Source of the DNA: Macrostomum lignano | Taxonomy: Eukaryota | NCBI GenBank assembly: GCA_002269645.1 | Contig: NIVC01000521.1 | Location: forward strand, 186,001 to 250,000 | DNA: 64,000 nucleotides | Reading direction: 5' to 3' | In this document: positions 1 to 13,091 of the stretch, piece by piece | Numbering within the stretch: the first letter of the stretch is position 1 | Layout: each line of letters begins with the position of its first letter | The notes under the pieces: model-generated | What the model saw: only the letters and a program-made list of their open reading frames with translations | Told to the model about the DNA's origin: nothing | Database searches by the model: none | Program-made: the position numbers and the translations under genes

Positions 1-260
1 TAAGAGAAGAGAGAAAAGAATAGAAAGGAGAAGGAAGATAAGAGAGAAGAGGGGGTGAGAGGAGAGAGGAAAGGAGAGAGAAAAGAAGAGACAAGAGATG
101 AGATAAGAGAGATGAAAGAGAAGAGAGATGACGGAAGATACGAGAGAAGAGGGGAGAGAGGAGAGAGGAGAGACGAGGGATGAAAGAGATGAGAGGAAAC
201 AAAGAGAAGATAGAAATTTTAAAGGATCCAAGGGACGTAGGGAGAGTCAAGGGAGAGACC
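1..260. repeat. GA-rich low-complexity tract
   Basis: Visible composition. Confidence 0.9.
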
Positions 261-770
261 AGAGTTTAGCAATATATGTTTTAGAGTCAGACAGACATTG
301 CCTGACATTCTGCGCGGTACCCCAGCCAACAATATCAATGTTTGCCTCAAATTCTAATTTTACACGAATGTGCTCCATTTTATGTCTACCTCTATCCTAC
401 TAACTATTAACAAGTTTTTGTTTGTGTATGGCCTTAGATTTCAGAATACATGCAAAAGTAGTTCTGGGGATTGGAATTCCCCGGGTTCAAAATCCGCGGG
501 TTTCAACAGCTTGTATTTTAGTAAAGAGGACTATCTTTTTAAGAGATTGCTTTGCTAAACATCAGCCAAGAATATGTTACTTTTAACTAATAGCTGAACT
601 AGCCATTCTATTATCTAGAAAATTATTGATGGCAACTTGCTACCTATACAATAGTGCAATTAAACAATTTCAAGCTTTAGCATAGATGTAATTTGCCACA
701 CATGCATGCTATATACATTGGCAATGAGTATATAAAATATTAAGTATAATATTTTTACAAAAGTTGTGCA

Positions 771-803
<33 letters not shown>

Positions 804-1395
804 ATTATTATTATTATTTGCAATTATTATTGCAAAGTGAGTCAATTATAGGTAATAAACATAGGCGAGTGGCACCAAAGAAACTATAACAAATAACTAA
901 TAGTAATTATATTTGAATATTGTAAGTCTATTAGATAAAATAAATACCTTATAATGTTATAAATAGTTTATTTGATTATTATATGAAGTATAATATTTTA
1001 GTTTTTAGTATAAAGTTTAAATATGAGTACTAATAAAATATTCTATTTGTGTTATACTTAGTAAATATAACTAATTTTAATAGAAAAGATAAACTAAATG
1101 TTAAATATTAGCTATACTTAAAGGTTGAAATAAGAAATGTATATAAGTAGGCATATAGGATTTAATTAAATAGCTAAAGTTACTGCTTGGTATGAAAGAT
1201 ATCTAGTCACCAAATTGAACTTTAATAATAATTATTAAATGTGTTTAATTCAAGTTATATATAATAATATTAAACTTCAAATTTCCATTCTGATTTAATA
1301 TTTTATTTTTACAGCATTAATCAATTGAAATCTCATTGGCTTCAACAGCTTGTTTATTCAATATTAAAAATAGCCTTTAAAAATTAAGTTTCATC

Positions 1396-1980
1396 ATGGC
1401 ATGTGATGTTGCAACTGCCCCAGGCAATCCAGTGTTCTCTCCATTAACTTTGTTTGAGTGCACTGTGACTAATGCTCAGATGCTTGTTGAATCTATGGCT
1501 GACAGGTGAGTAGTGTCTTTATTTGTTCAATCTGTGGAAGTGTATTGGCATTATTGACATGCTGGGTTTTTTCATCAGAATTGTGGTAGAATTTGGCATT
1601 CTAAAGCAGCAATGCCTAAAATCTTGATACAGAATTGAAACTTGGACCGATTAGGATTACAATATTAATAACAAGATTCTGCAATAGGAATCATGGTTAA
1701 GCTTTTTGTTTAACAATACAGCCGCCAATGGAACTTATTGCATCCAAGATGTTACAGATACAAGACTTAGTATTTTAGTAATAGTAATCTAGATGAAGCG
1801 CGCCATGTTTGACCTTATAAAGAACTAGGAAAAACTAACGCTAAATTAACATTACAGGTAGACAGCCACATGAACAGTAGATAAGCAATGACAAAAACAG
1901 CACAATAACCATCTAAGCTACTTTGCTAGCTAGTCTTGTAATACACTAAGACTACAAACTGACGAACACTAAGGCTGGTG

Positions 1981-2036
<56 letters not shown>

Positions 2037-2057
2037 GGACAGGACAGGACAGGACAG

Positions 2058-2097
<40 letters not shown>

Positions 2098-5000
2098 GGA
2101 CAGACAGACGAATGGCATGCAAGTTGCACATACATGCATTTATATTTGTATCCTTGATCTACTGTAATGGTTTTCTCGCAACCTGGTTTGAAATGGTATA
2201 AAGCAACTCAGGTGTCTCCAAAATTCATCTAATTAACTCATCGAAACCGCCAGGGAGCTGCTTCGCGCGCTAAAAATAGCCAACAGTCTGCACACTCACA
2301 TTGTCGGCATCATGGAGCCGCGCTACGATCGGGTCTGTCAGCGCAGCGACGAGCACGAGGCCTGCCCCCGGTCGGTCAAATTGAATAATCGGCGCCGATT
2401 GTCTCCGCAATTGCCATCAACTTCGTCGTCGTCGCTGGCGGCCGCTCAATTCGATCAGCTGATGCAGCCGGCGGTCAAACTGGCCAGACTGAAATGCGAC
2501 AACGGCGATGATCAGTCAATGCCGGCAGTTGCCAAGGTGGAGGCGTCCTCCGTTAGCGATCCTCCGACGACTGAGGATGCCGACGCGGCCGACAACGACG
2601 CCGCTGCCGACTATGGATTCGATGCGCCCGCGTCTGTCGATAACAACTTTCTAGATGACGATGACTGCCTTCTAATTGGCGAGGATTCCACTAGCGAGGG
2701 CATTCTTGGAATGTCTACTTCTTCTAGCACGGCTGCTGGCGCCGGACTGTCTCGGCGACGTCAGCGCCGGTTGCCCCGGCGAAGCTCCACGGCAGCGGCG
2801 GCGGCGACTACTGCCACGATGGGTGACGAAGATCAGTTGCCAGACAGCGGCGTGAGCGGCGCCGGCTCCTCCGCCCATCAGCCGGATGTGGGCGCGCTGT
2901 GCAAAAGCGCCATTCATTTGGCCTACAAAGAGATGAAAGGCGGCGGACCGCATCTGTTTGATTTCAGCATGCCGTGAGTTCATTTGAATTCGCCCCTCCC
3001 TCCAAACCCAGCGCCGCTGGAAATCGGCGCCCCTCCCTCCTTTAAATCCAGCGCACCTGGGAATCGGCGCCGCCCCTTCCTCCAAACCCAGCGCCCCGTG
3101 AAATCGGCGCCGCCCCTCCCTCCTCCAAACCCAGCGCCCCGTGAAATCGGCGCCGCCCCTCCCTCCTCCAAACCCAGCGCACCTGGGAATCGGCGCCGCC
3201 CCTCCCTCCTCCAAACCCAGCGCACCTGGGAATCGGCGCCGCCCCTTCCTCCAAACCCAGCGCCCCTGGAAATCGGCGCCGCCCCTCCCTCCTCCAAACC
3301 CAGCGCACCTGGGAATCGGCGCCGCCCCTCCCTCCTCCAAACCCAGCGCCCCTGGGAATCGGCGCCGCCCCTTCCTCCAAACCCAGCGCCCCTGGGAATC
3401 GGCGCCGCCCCTTCCTCCAAACCCAGCGCACCTGGAAATCGGCGCCGCCCCTTCCTCCAAACCCAGCGCCCCTGGGTATCGGCGCCGCCCCTTCCTCCAA
3501 ACCCAGCGCCCCTGGGAATCGGCGCCGCCCCTCTCTCCTCCAAACCCAGCGCCCCTGGGAATCGGCGCCGCCCCTCCCTCCTCCAAACCCGGCGCACCTG
3601 AGAATCGGCGCCGCCCCTTCCTCCAAACCCAGCGCCCCTGGAAATCGGCGCCCCTCCCTCCTCCAAACCCAGCGCACCTGGGAGTCGGCGCCCCTCCCTC
3701 CTCCAAACCCAGCGCACCTGGGAATCGGCGCCGCCCCTCCCTTTGCTTTTCCAAACCCAGCGCCCCTGGGAATCGGCGCCGCCCCTCCCTCCTCCAAACC
3801 CAGCGCCCCTGGGAATCGGCGCCGCCCCTCTCTCCTCCAAACCCAGCGCCCCTGGGAATCGGCGCCGCCCCTCTCTCCTCCAAATAGAACGCCCCTAGGA
3901 ATCGGCGCCGCCCCTCCCTCCTCCAAATAGAACGCCCCTAGGAATCGGCGCCGCCTCCCCCCCCCCTTAGACAGCGCCCCTAGGAATCGGTGCCTATTGA
4001 AAACGCCGCGAAAGTATGATGATCATTTGTGTAAAAATATACTTCCCAATATCACTAATACGTATTAGCTACATTCTTTTATTGCAACAAGCAATTTTTA
4101 TTTGATGCTACGTGAGGCCCAGGCTCGATTCCAAGTGCTGGGGCTAAATTGGAGTCTTGGTTTGGGTCTGCTCTGCTTGTGGGTCCAGCCCCAAGGAGCA
4201 GTGAAGTTTGCATGCCTAACGATAAGTTCAGGCCAGGGTGCACACAGCCCCTGTCTATAACAGAAAATAACCAACTGATTCTTTGAACTTTTTAAAAAAA
4301 TTGCAGATTCAGCGACCCGGTGAATTTCGCAACGGCTGAACAGGTGATCGCCAGGGCTATGCAACTGCAGCCGGGTTTGGAAGTGTCTACAGACTTCTGG
4401 TGGAGTGAGAATGCGCATCTAACTGTTTTTATTGCTTTTTTTAATTGTGTATTTTCTGTATATTTAGCTGCTAGTCTCTCTGTCTCTCTCCTTGTGGTTT
4501 TTAAATAATTTATTTTCTGCCATGTTTGTCAACTTATATGATTGGTTGATAAAATCAATTGGCTAATTATGATATTTAATTATCTAATTAACGGCTAGAC
4601 GTAAATAATACTGTCTATTCCTTATTACTAACTTGGCATTTTATAGGAAAAGTTTTCAGCTCCGCTGCAGTATGAGAGATGGAGAGAGTACAAAAAATTA
4701 ATCGAAAATTAAATTATTAAGTTGTCAATTAGCTCCACGTTGGGGTATAACTTGTGCGTTGGTAATTGCTAGTTAGAAATGTCAAGTGCTCACTGGGAAT
4801 TCATATATGAGCTGGTTGGTCAAGTGCTTGTGTGACATGCTCTGACACTAGAAAGCCGACTAGATGGGGATCGGTACGAGTTCGGTTATGTAACTACAGA
4901 GGGATCAACCAATCAGCTGAGTCGGTTAAACCCGTTGAAAAACGTTACCGTGACAAGAATCGCTACGAGTCACTGCAAACAAGTCACTGGTGACTTTGGC

Positions 5001-6909
5001 GCGGCTCTTGTGATTTTTTAACGACGCAAACAACTGTGATGCGGCGGTAAGGCGACTCTGGGTCACGAGCGCATCACTTGACTTGCAGAATCATAAAAGA
5101 CTAGAGTCGATAAAAAAGAGTCGTCCGAGAGTCGATTTAGCGTTTAATTGTGTGCTACCTGCAACGACTCTGGGGCAATGCAATTAACTCTGGGACGCTT
5201 CTAAGGTTTAATTTAGGATTTTAGGGTTAAAATTAATAGTCAGACCCGATTGATAAATCAACAAAGGAATAGGATTTTAGTGTAAGGGGTGTAGTACTAG
5301 CCTTGCAATGAAAGTTTACTGGGGACTCCAACCCTAGTCTCATCGTTAATTAAGTTATTAAAATTGATTAGAGCTCAAATTAGTGTACAGAAGTGTACTT
5401 TTTCAACGCGTTAAATTGCAATTTTTTCGCAGGCCAACTGTGCCCAGTTGAACTCAACCGGTTAGCCCGATCAGAGAAGCTCTGGCGTCAGCGACTCCTA
5501 ATGCGCCGATTGCGGTCCAAGGATAGCGTAGGTTGCCCTTTTTTCAAGTCTCAGCAAGGAGAGAGAAACAGGGATTTCTATAGTTATTTTATTATCAGTG
5601 CTCGATACTTCTTATTTTTTTATGTTACTTGTTACAGAATGGCTTGGTCGGCAGTATTCTATGGACAAGTATAACAGTACCGCAAAATTTCGGATGCGCA
5701 GGCACAGATACATGTGCAGGGTACGGGGGAATTTGAGTAGAGGGAGAGTTGATGGGATGTCTCCATGGTTTATAGATGCGATGATTGGGTGTCTTGCAAG
5801 TCAAGCACTTCTGAAGCTCCAATGACGGTACCTAACAGTCCTGAAGCTCCAATGACAGGGTACCTAACAGTCCTGAAGCTCCAATGACAGGGTACCTAAC
5901 AGTCCTGAAGCTCTAATGACAGGGTACCTAACAGTCCTGAAGCTCCAATGACAGGGTACCTAACAGTCCTGAAGCTCCAATGACAGGGTACCTAACAGTC
6001 CTGAAGCTCCAATGACAGGGTACCTAACAGTCCTGAAGCTCCAATGACAGGGTACCTAACAGTCCTGAAGCTCTAATGACAGGGTACCTAACAGTCCTGA
6101 AGCTCTAATGACAGGGTACCTAACAGTCCTGAAGCTCCAATGACAGGGTACCTAACAGTCCTGAAGCTCTAATGACAGGGTACCTAACAGTCCTGAAGCT
6201 CCAATGACAGGGTACCCGACAGTCCTGAAGCTCTAATGACAGGGTACCCGACAGTCCTGAAGCTCTATTGACAGGGTACCTAACAGTCCTGAAGCATCAA
6301 TGACAGGGTACCTAACAGTCCTGAAGCTCTAATGACAGGGTACCTAACAGTCCTGAAGCTCCAATGACAGGGTGCCCGACAGTCCTGAAGCTCCAATGAT
6401 ACAGGATGCCTGGCGACCTGGCTACCGACTGTCAATTGTTCCTCATTGCTGACCCTACCTGTATCTCGCATGCCCAGGTCTGCAGCCAACTCCTACCCAC
6501 CCAACCCTCGCAGAAGCTGACCCGCAGGCAGAAAAGCTTCGAACTCATCGCCGGCCGTCTGAGCACCGAAGATTTCGACAAATTCCGCGTCATTTTATCC
6601 CGGGATTACACATCGTCAGATGAGGAATTTGAAGATTGTTCCGCATCGGCAGCTGCCACTGCATCGGCTGGGGCGCCGCTTCGCGTCCGCGAGTTGCCCT
6701 GGGAGTCGGCAGAGATGGCGGAGATGAAGCGGCAGCTGGACACGGCTTACCTGGATAGCTGCGCCACAGCTAAACAGTCCGAACAGTTGCGCCGGGTTGC
6801 CCGCGGCACCGGCTGCCTGAGCGTCCGGCCGCCGCCAGCCGACTGTCCAGATTGGGCGATTCGACGCGAAACCGCTGATCCGGGCGACTTAGGCAACGCC
6901 GATTGTTAA
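1396..6909 (+). CDS. Gene A1, unnamed family (C14orf93/DUF4616-like C-terminal region, putative nuclear or DNA-binding protein), about 470 aa. Exons 1396-1505, 2254-2973, 4307-4404, [5433-5527 or 5638-5720], 6514-6909
   Basis: GT-AG boundaries join in frame. Peptides align with paralog A2: FSPLTLFE..TNAQML.ESMA.REL, GPHLFDFS.PF, KL.RRQ.SFEL...LST...KFRVIL.RDYTSSDEE, LRVRELPWES, RPPP...PDWA. Exon 3 is 98 nt in both paralogs. The family resemblance is recalled, not searched. Confidence 0.8.
1980..2110. repeat. (GACA)n/(GACAG)n microsatellite in A1 intron 1
   Basis: Direct reading. Confidence 0.95.
2985..3990. repeat. GC-rich minisatellite of about 40 nt in A1 intron 2
   Basis: ccaaacccagcgcccctgggaatcggcgccgcccctccctcct units. 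Confidence 0.95.
4477..4494 (+). promoter_or_regulatory. Putative A1 docking site (tctctgtctctctccttg), pairing with selector 5555-5574 (caaggagagagaaacaggga)
   Basis: 12 contiguous Watson-Crick pairs plus an extension after a 2-nt bulge; 73 nt after the A1 exon-3 donor, the same position as the A2 dock. Confidence 0.5.
4931..5130. repeat. Short interspersed repeat; second copy at 19879-20010
   Basis: cccgttgaaaa(a)cgttaccgtgacaagaatcgcta...gtca(c/t)tgcaaac shared by both loci. Confidence 0.7.
5433..5527 (+). CDS. A1 candidate alternative exon a (SQLCPVELNRLARSEKLWRQRLLMRRLRSKDS)
   Basis: ttttttcgcag|GC...AGC|gtaggt, 95 nt, phase 1 to 0, basic C-terminal half. Confidence 0.6.
5638..5720 (+). 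CDS. A1 candidate alternative exon b (KWLGRQYSMDKYNSTAKFRMRRHRYMCR)
   Basis: Long pyrimidine tract + ttacag|AA...AGG|gtacgg, 83 nt, phase 1 to 0. Confidence 0.55.
5810..6395. repeat. 32-nt minisatellite
   Basis: cctgaagctccaatgacagggtacctaacagt. Confidence 0.95.
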
Positions 6910-6983
6910 TTTGTTGTGTGCTAATTAGATGATGAGGCTTTTTACTGATCTTTGAAATACTCGTACATTCATAGTTGCTCTCG

Positions 6984-7352
6984 CCCAATCTAGCTCAGCC
7001 AATGAGAGAGCAGTAAGGAGAGAGGACAAAGTCAGACGAACGAAACTCAGCCTAGGGGCAGGCTCAATCTAGCTCAGCCAATGAGAGAGCAGTAAGGAGA
7101 GAGGACAAAGTCAGACGAACGAAACTCAGCCTAGGGGCAGGCCCAATCTAGCTCAGCCAATGAGAGAGCAGTAAGGAGAGAGGTCAAAGTCAGACGAACG
7201 AAACTCAGCCTAGGGGCAGGCCCAATCTAGCTCAGCCAATGAGAGAGCAGTAAGGAGAGAGGTCAAAGTCAGACTAACGAAACTCAGCCTAGGGGCAGGC
7301 CCAATCTAGCTCAGCCAATGAGAGAGCAGTAAGGAGAGAGGACAAAGTCAGA
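6984..7352. repeat. 79-nt tandem repeat, about 4.6 copies
   Basis: aatctagctcagccaatgagagag... at 79-nt period. Confidence 0.95.
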
Positions 7353-7744
7353 CACAAGCTATGAAGAGTGAAGCCTAACTTGTTTATCGGCCTGGCTAGG
7401 GGCCTGGGTCGCCACCCCTTTTCTCTCTTGCTCGCTATGCACACGCACTGGATTTGGGTTCTAAAGTTTTGCCGCAATTTTCAATCTTGATATTTATTAG
7501 ATGTTTTAAGTATTCTCTGACTGTTATTCAACGATTTCTTTGGGGAGCCTATTAACTTTCGTGTGCTTTTTTGTAAGTGTTATAATCGTTTTATAACATT
7601 AGTTTATTGTTGTTTGCAAGTCACGAGTGCATGCTTTTTACTTTGCCTGCTAGCTTGTTCAAAATGTTTTTTTATTATTTTTGTTATGCTAATTGCATTG
7701 TGTTTCTTTGTATTTTTTCGTTCCATTGTGAATCTCCAGTGATT

Positions 7745-8260
7745 TCGGAGATAGGGATTTCGGAGTGACAGTCTCTCTGGAGTGAGATTTCGGAGTTACA
7801 GTCTCTCTTGAGTGAGATGTCGGAGTGACAGTCTCTCTGGAGCGAGATGTCCGAGTAACAGTCTCTCTGGAGCGAGATGTCGGAGTGACAGTCTCTCTGG
7901 AGCGAGATGTCCGAGTAACAGTCTCTCTGGAGCGAGATGTCGGAGTGACAGTCTCTCTGGAGTGAGATGTCGGAGTGACAGTCTCTCAGGAGTTAGATGT
8001 CGGAGTGACAGTCTCTCTGGAGTGAGATGTCGGAGTGACAGTCTCTCTGGAGTGAGATGTCGGAGTGACAGTCTCTCTGGAGTGAGATGTCGGAGTGACA
8101 GTCTCTCTGGAGCGAGATGTCGGAGTAACAGTCTCTCTGGAGTGAGATGTCGGAGTGACAGTCTCTCTGGAGTGAGATGTCGGAGTGACAGTCTCTCTGG
8201 AGCGAGATGTCGGAGTAACAGTCTCTCTGGAGCGAGATATCGGAGTGACAGTCTCCAGAG
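7745..8260. repeat. 30-nt minisatellite
   Basis: cggagtgacagtctctctggagtgagatgt. Confidence 0.95.
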
Positions 8261-8899
8261 TAAAATTTCAGATTGAGTATGGAGTGACATTAATTTACAA
8301 GGGGAATGATATTTAAGTAACTGCAATTCTGTTTAATAGAATTATTTTAATTACAGCATCCGATACGGAGCCCGCATTTATTTTGGTGTCACATCTGTTC
8401 AAATCGTACCCTGTTGACCCCTGTATAATAATGTACTTTATTAATAATAAAGTACCCATAGTACTCCTGTTATTAACTGTTAGTTGTGCAGGCAGCTAGC
8501 AGTTATTGAAAACTCATATGACCTTACCGTATCGCTTTCCGTTTTTTTAAAGTATTGTGTTTTTTATCTCTGTGCAATGTACTGCGTTTTACATCGCGTC
8601 TAGCTTTGCCTGCAGTATTTGCACTCAGTACTACTATTGGCCTGCTGTTGCGTTTGCTTTTGAATTATCGACAAAAAATATAAAATAAATTGGTTTCCGT
8701 TATGTGGATTTCACTTATGTAATGTCGTTCCTCATTTTTCTTTATTTCGTCCGATAGCAAAATCTTTATATTTTACTACTGTAAACACTACTAAATAGTA
8801 GATACTATGATAGGCCAATGCTTTTTTGTATTTATTCTTTCTTTTGCTTAGCAACTCTTTTAAATCAAGTTTTTTTACGATCATTAGTCACTCTCGGGG

Positions 8900-9120
8900 A
8901 GATCAGTTGAGATTCACATAGGGATTAGGAGTGATTCTCAGAAGAGATTAGGATTTATTCCTACGGGGATCAGGAGTGATTCTTAGCGGGATCAGGAGTG
9001 ATTCTCAGAGGGGATCAGGAGTGATTCTCAGAGGGGATCAGGAGTGATTCTTAGGGGTTAGGAGTGATACTTAGGAGGGTCAGGAGTGATTCTTAGGGGG
9101 ACTAGGAGTGATTCTTGAAG
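8900..9120. repeat. Degenerate repeat of about 22 nt
   Basis: gggatcaggagtgattct units. Confidence 0.8.
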
Positions 9121-9321
9121 GCGAAATAAAAATATAGGGATTACAGAGGATAATTAGCTAGGTACATTAAACTTCTTACCTCAAGAATTCGTGTTTAATT
9201 CAGAAATCGGATTAAATTTATACAGCAAGATTCAAGCGTTGCCTACTGTCAGTAGAGTAATGGGGTCAGTCTTGTATTATTTATATTGCAATAATGTCTG
9301 ATTTATCATTTCATGCCACAG

Positions 9322-12300
9322 ATGGCAGCCTGCGAGTCGGCTGCGCCGCCATTCTCGCCTCTGACTCTATTCGAGTCGACAATTACCAACGCCCAGATGC
9401 TACTGGAGTCCATGGCCGAACGAGAACTGTTCACCGCTATGCGCATTGTCGCCTGTCTGCATTCCCAGATGCTGCAAGTGATGGAGCCACGGTTTGGCCG
9501 ACTGTGCGATCGAAGCGATCAGCTGGGCCTGCTGATTGACTCTGACCCATCCGCTGCTGGCCGGAGCTCTGGGCAGCAGCAGCAACAGCAGCAACCGGGT
9601 CAGACCTCTAATCAGCAGCAACAGCAGCTGCAGGGCAGTCAGCAGCATCGAACCAAGGCTGATCCAGATGCCGGCGACGGAGTTCTTGGCGCTGCCCTGT
9701 GCGCCATCAAGGTAACTTGATTAATCAGTAGAATTACCACGGGAAATGAAATAAAAAACTGAAGCTTTTTATCGCGACTAGGCAGACATTAGAAACTGCA
9801 CACTCAGTCATGCTTTAAAGCCATTAGGCGGACATTAGAAACTGCACACTCAGTCATGCTTTAGAGCCATTAGGCGGACATTAGAAACTGCACACTCAGT
9901 CATGCTTTAGAGCCATTAGGCGGACATTAGAAACTGCACACTCAGTCATGCTTTAGAGCCATTAGGCGGACATTAGAAACTGCACACTCAGTCATGCTTT
10001 AGAGCCATTAGGCGGACATTAGAAACTGCACACTCAGTCATGCTTTAAAGCCATTAGGCGGACATTAGAAACTGCACACTCAGTCATGCTTTAGAGCCAT
10101 TAGGCGGACATTAGAAACTGCACACAGTCATGCTTTAGAGCCATTAGGCGGACATTAGAAACTGCACACTCAGTCATGCTTTAAAGCCATTAGGCGGACA
10201 TTAGAAACTGCACACAGTCATGCTTTAGAGCCATTAGGCGGACATTAGAAACTGCACACTCAGTCATGCTTTAGAGCCATTAGGCGGACATTAGAAACTG
10301 CACACTCAGTCATGCTTTAGAGCCATTAGGCAGATATTAGAAACTGCACACTCAGTCATGCTTTAAAGCCATTAGGCGGACATTAGAAACTGCACACAGT
10401 CATGCTTTAGAGCCATTAGGCGGACATTAGAAACTGCACACTCAGTCATGCTTTAGAGCCATTAGGCGGACATTAGAAACTGCACACTCAGTCATGCTTT
10501 AGAGCCATTAGGCAGACATTAGAAACTGCACACTCAGTCATGCTTTAAAGCCATTAGGCGGACATTAGAAACTGCACACTCAGTCATGCTTTAAAGCCAT
10601 TAGGCGGACATTAGAAACTGCACACTCAGTCATGCTTTAGAGCCATTAGGCGGACATTAGAAACTGCACACTCAGTCATGCTTTAAAGCCATTAGGCGGA
10701 CATTAGAAACTGCACACTCAGTCATGCTTTAAAGCCATTAGGCGGACATTAGAAACTGCACACTTAGTCATGCTTTAGAGCCATTAGGCGGACATTAGAA
10801 ACTGCACACTCAGTCATGCTTTAAAGCCATTAGGCGGACATTAGAAACTGCACACTCAGTCATGCTTTAGAGCCATTAGGCAGATATTAGAAACTGCACA
10901 CTCAGTCATGCTTTAAAGCCATTAGGCGGATATTAGAAACTGCGCACTCAGTCATGCTTTAAAGCCATTAGGCGGCTGTATGAAAAATCTCCCCCTTTCC
11001 AGGCGGACCCGGATGATTCAACCCGCCGATCCCTGCGCCCCCTGGCCGACTCCACCGCCGCAGTCGCCGCTGGCGCCACCCCCGAGGACGCCGACGATGA
11101 AGAGGAACTGGAAGAAGAACTCGAAGAGGAAGACGAAGAGTGCGTCATCATGGCTGCCACAGCTGCCGAGGAGGCCGAGTTTGCAGCGTCGACTGCCTAC
11201 GGCGGCTATCATCATTCCCAGCATCCCCAGCTTCATCATCCGCAGCAGCAGCAGCCCGTTCCCAAGATTGCCCGCTACGATTTCTCATTAGGCGCCTCCT
11301 CGTCGGCCTCCTCCCTAGCCGCCATTGGTGGCGACGTGCCAGCCGAGTGTAAAACTGTGATGCGCCGGGCCTACAAAGCTTTGAAAGGCGCCGGGCCGCA
11401 TCTGTTCGATTTTAGTCAGCCGTGAGTGTCCGTCCGGTTTGAAATTTAATGCCATAATACCCAACTGTCTTCAGGGTTTTTGTATTTCTTCGAAACCGCA
11501 AGTCTCGTGTGTTTCCTGAAAACAACTAGTCTCGTGTTTTCTTGGAAACTGCTAGTCTCGTGTTTCCTGGAAACCGCAAGTCTCGTGTGTTTCCTGGAAA
11601 CCGCAAATCTCCTGGGTTTCCTGGAAACCGCCAGTCTCCTGTGTTTCCTGGAAACCGCCAGTCTACTATGTTTCCTGGAAACCGCTAGTCTCCTGTTTCC
11701 TGGAAACCGCTAGTCTCCTGTTTCCTGGAAACCGCTAGTCTACTGTGTTTCCTGGAAACCGCTAGTCTCGTGTTTTTCTCAGTCTTATATTTTCTTGGAA
11801 ACCTTTAGTCTCATGTGGTTCTTGGAAACCCCTGGTGTCATGTTTCTCAGAAACGGCTTGTCTCATGTTTATTGGAACTGTCTCATGTTTATTGGAACTG
11901 TCTCATGTTTATTGGAACTGGCTCGTTTGTTTCCTGGAAACCGCTAGTCATGTGTTTCCTGGAAACCAGTAGTCTCGTGCGTTTTCCAGTTTCATATTTT
12001 TTGAAAACCTCTATAAGTTTAAAATTCTTCAATGAACCATTAAAAATGTAGAAACTCCCGTGTATACTCCTTAATTAATATATTCATGCACATTTTCGAA
12101 CCCTTGCCGCCGCAGTTTCGGAGCCGATGTCAATCAGCGAGTTGCCGCCCAGGTGATGACCAAAGCCAAGGAGTTGGCCATAGGCAAGGGCTGGCCAGAT
12201 GACATCTGGCAAAGTGAGTGTCGCTAATATTTGTTATTCAATTTGCTTACTACTATTAGTAGCATATCCATTGTGTTTTAACAATTGTCCTGGAAACGTC

Positions 12301-12628
12301 GCAAGTTCTCACCTTTTTATAGTCACTTGTGTCTCATTCTTTCACCAATTGTCCCACTTGGTCATATCTGCACTTTTCATGCCTACCTGTAACGCTCTTG
12401 TGCGTTGTTGTTCGTTAAAAGGTTTTCAAATTATTCGTTCTCTCAAAACAACGCGATATGCTGTCAATTTTGCAGCGCATTTGTCATTTACAGTGGCATT
12501 GACTTGTATGATCATTAATTATCTAATTAACTGATAACTATAGGAATCTCTGCTATGGCTAACTTTCATATAAATTTGAATTGATAAGCCCGTTTTTATT
12601 AGACCTTCAACATGGGTGTAGATAGATG

Positions 12629-12660
<32 letters not shown>

Positions 12661-12727
12661 TATAGATAGTTAGATAGATAGATAGTTAGATAGATAGATA
12701 GATATATAGACAAATAGAAAGATAGAC

Positions 12728-12796
<69 letters not shown>

Positions 12797-12831
12797 GATA
12801 GATAGAAAGATAGATAAATAGAAAGATAGAC

Positions 12832-12924
<93 letters not shown>

Positions 12925-12959
12925 GATAGATAGAAAGATAGATAAATAGAAAGATAGAC

Positions 12960-13026
<67 letters not shown>

Positions 13027-13042
13027 CAGATAGATAGATAGA

Positions 13043-13091
<49 letters not shown>

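Noticed and set aside
2672-3926. Several 200-400 aa ORFs on both strands
   Set aside because: Translations of the roughly 40-nt intronic minisatellite; periodic peptides in all frames
4647-4835. Further A1 cassette exons at 4647, 4660 or 4777
   Set aside because: In-frame stops come before any convincing donor
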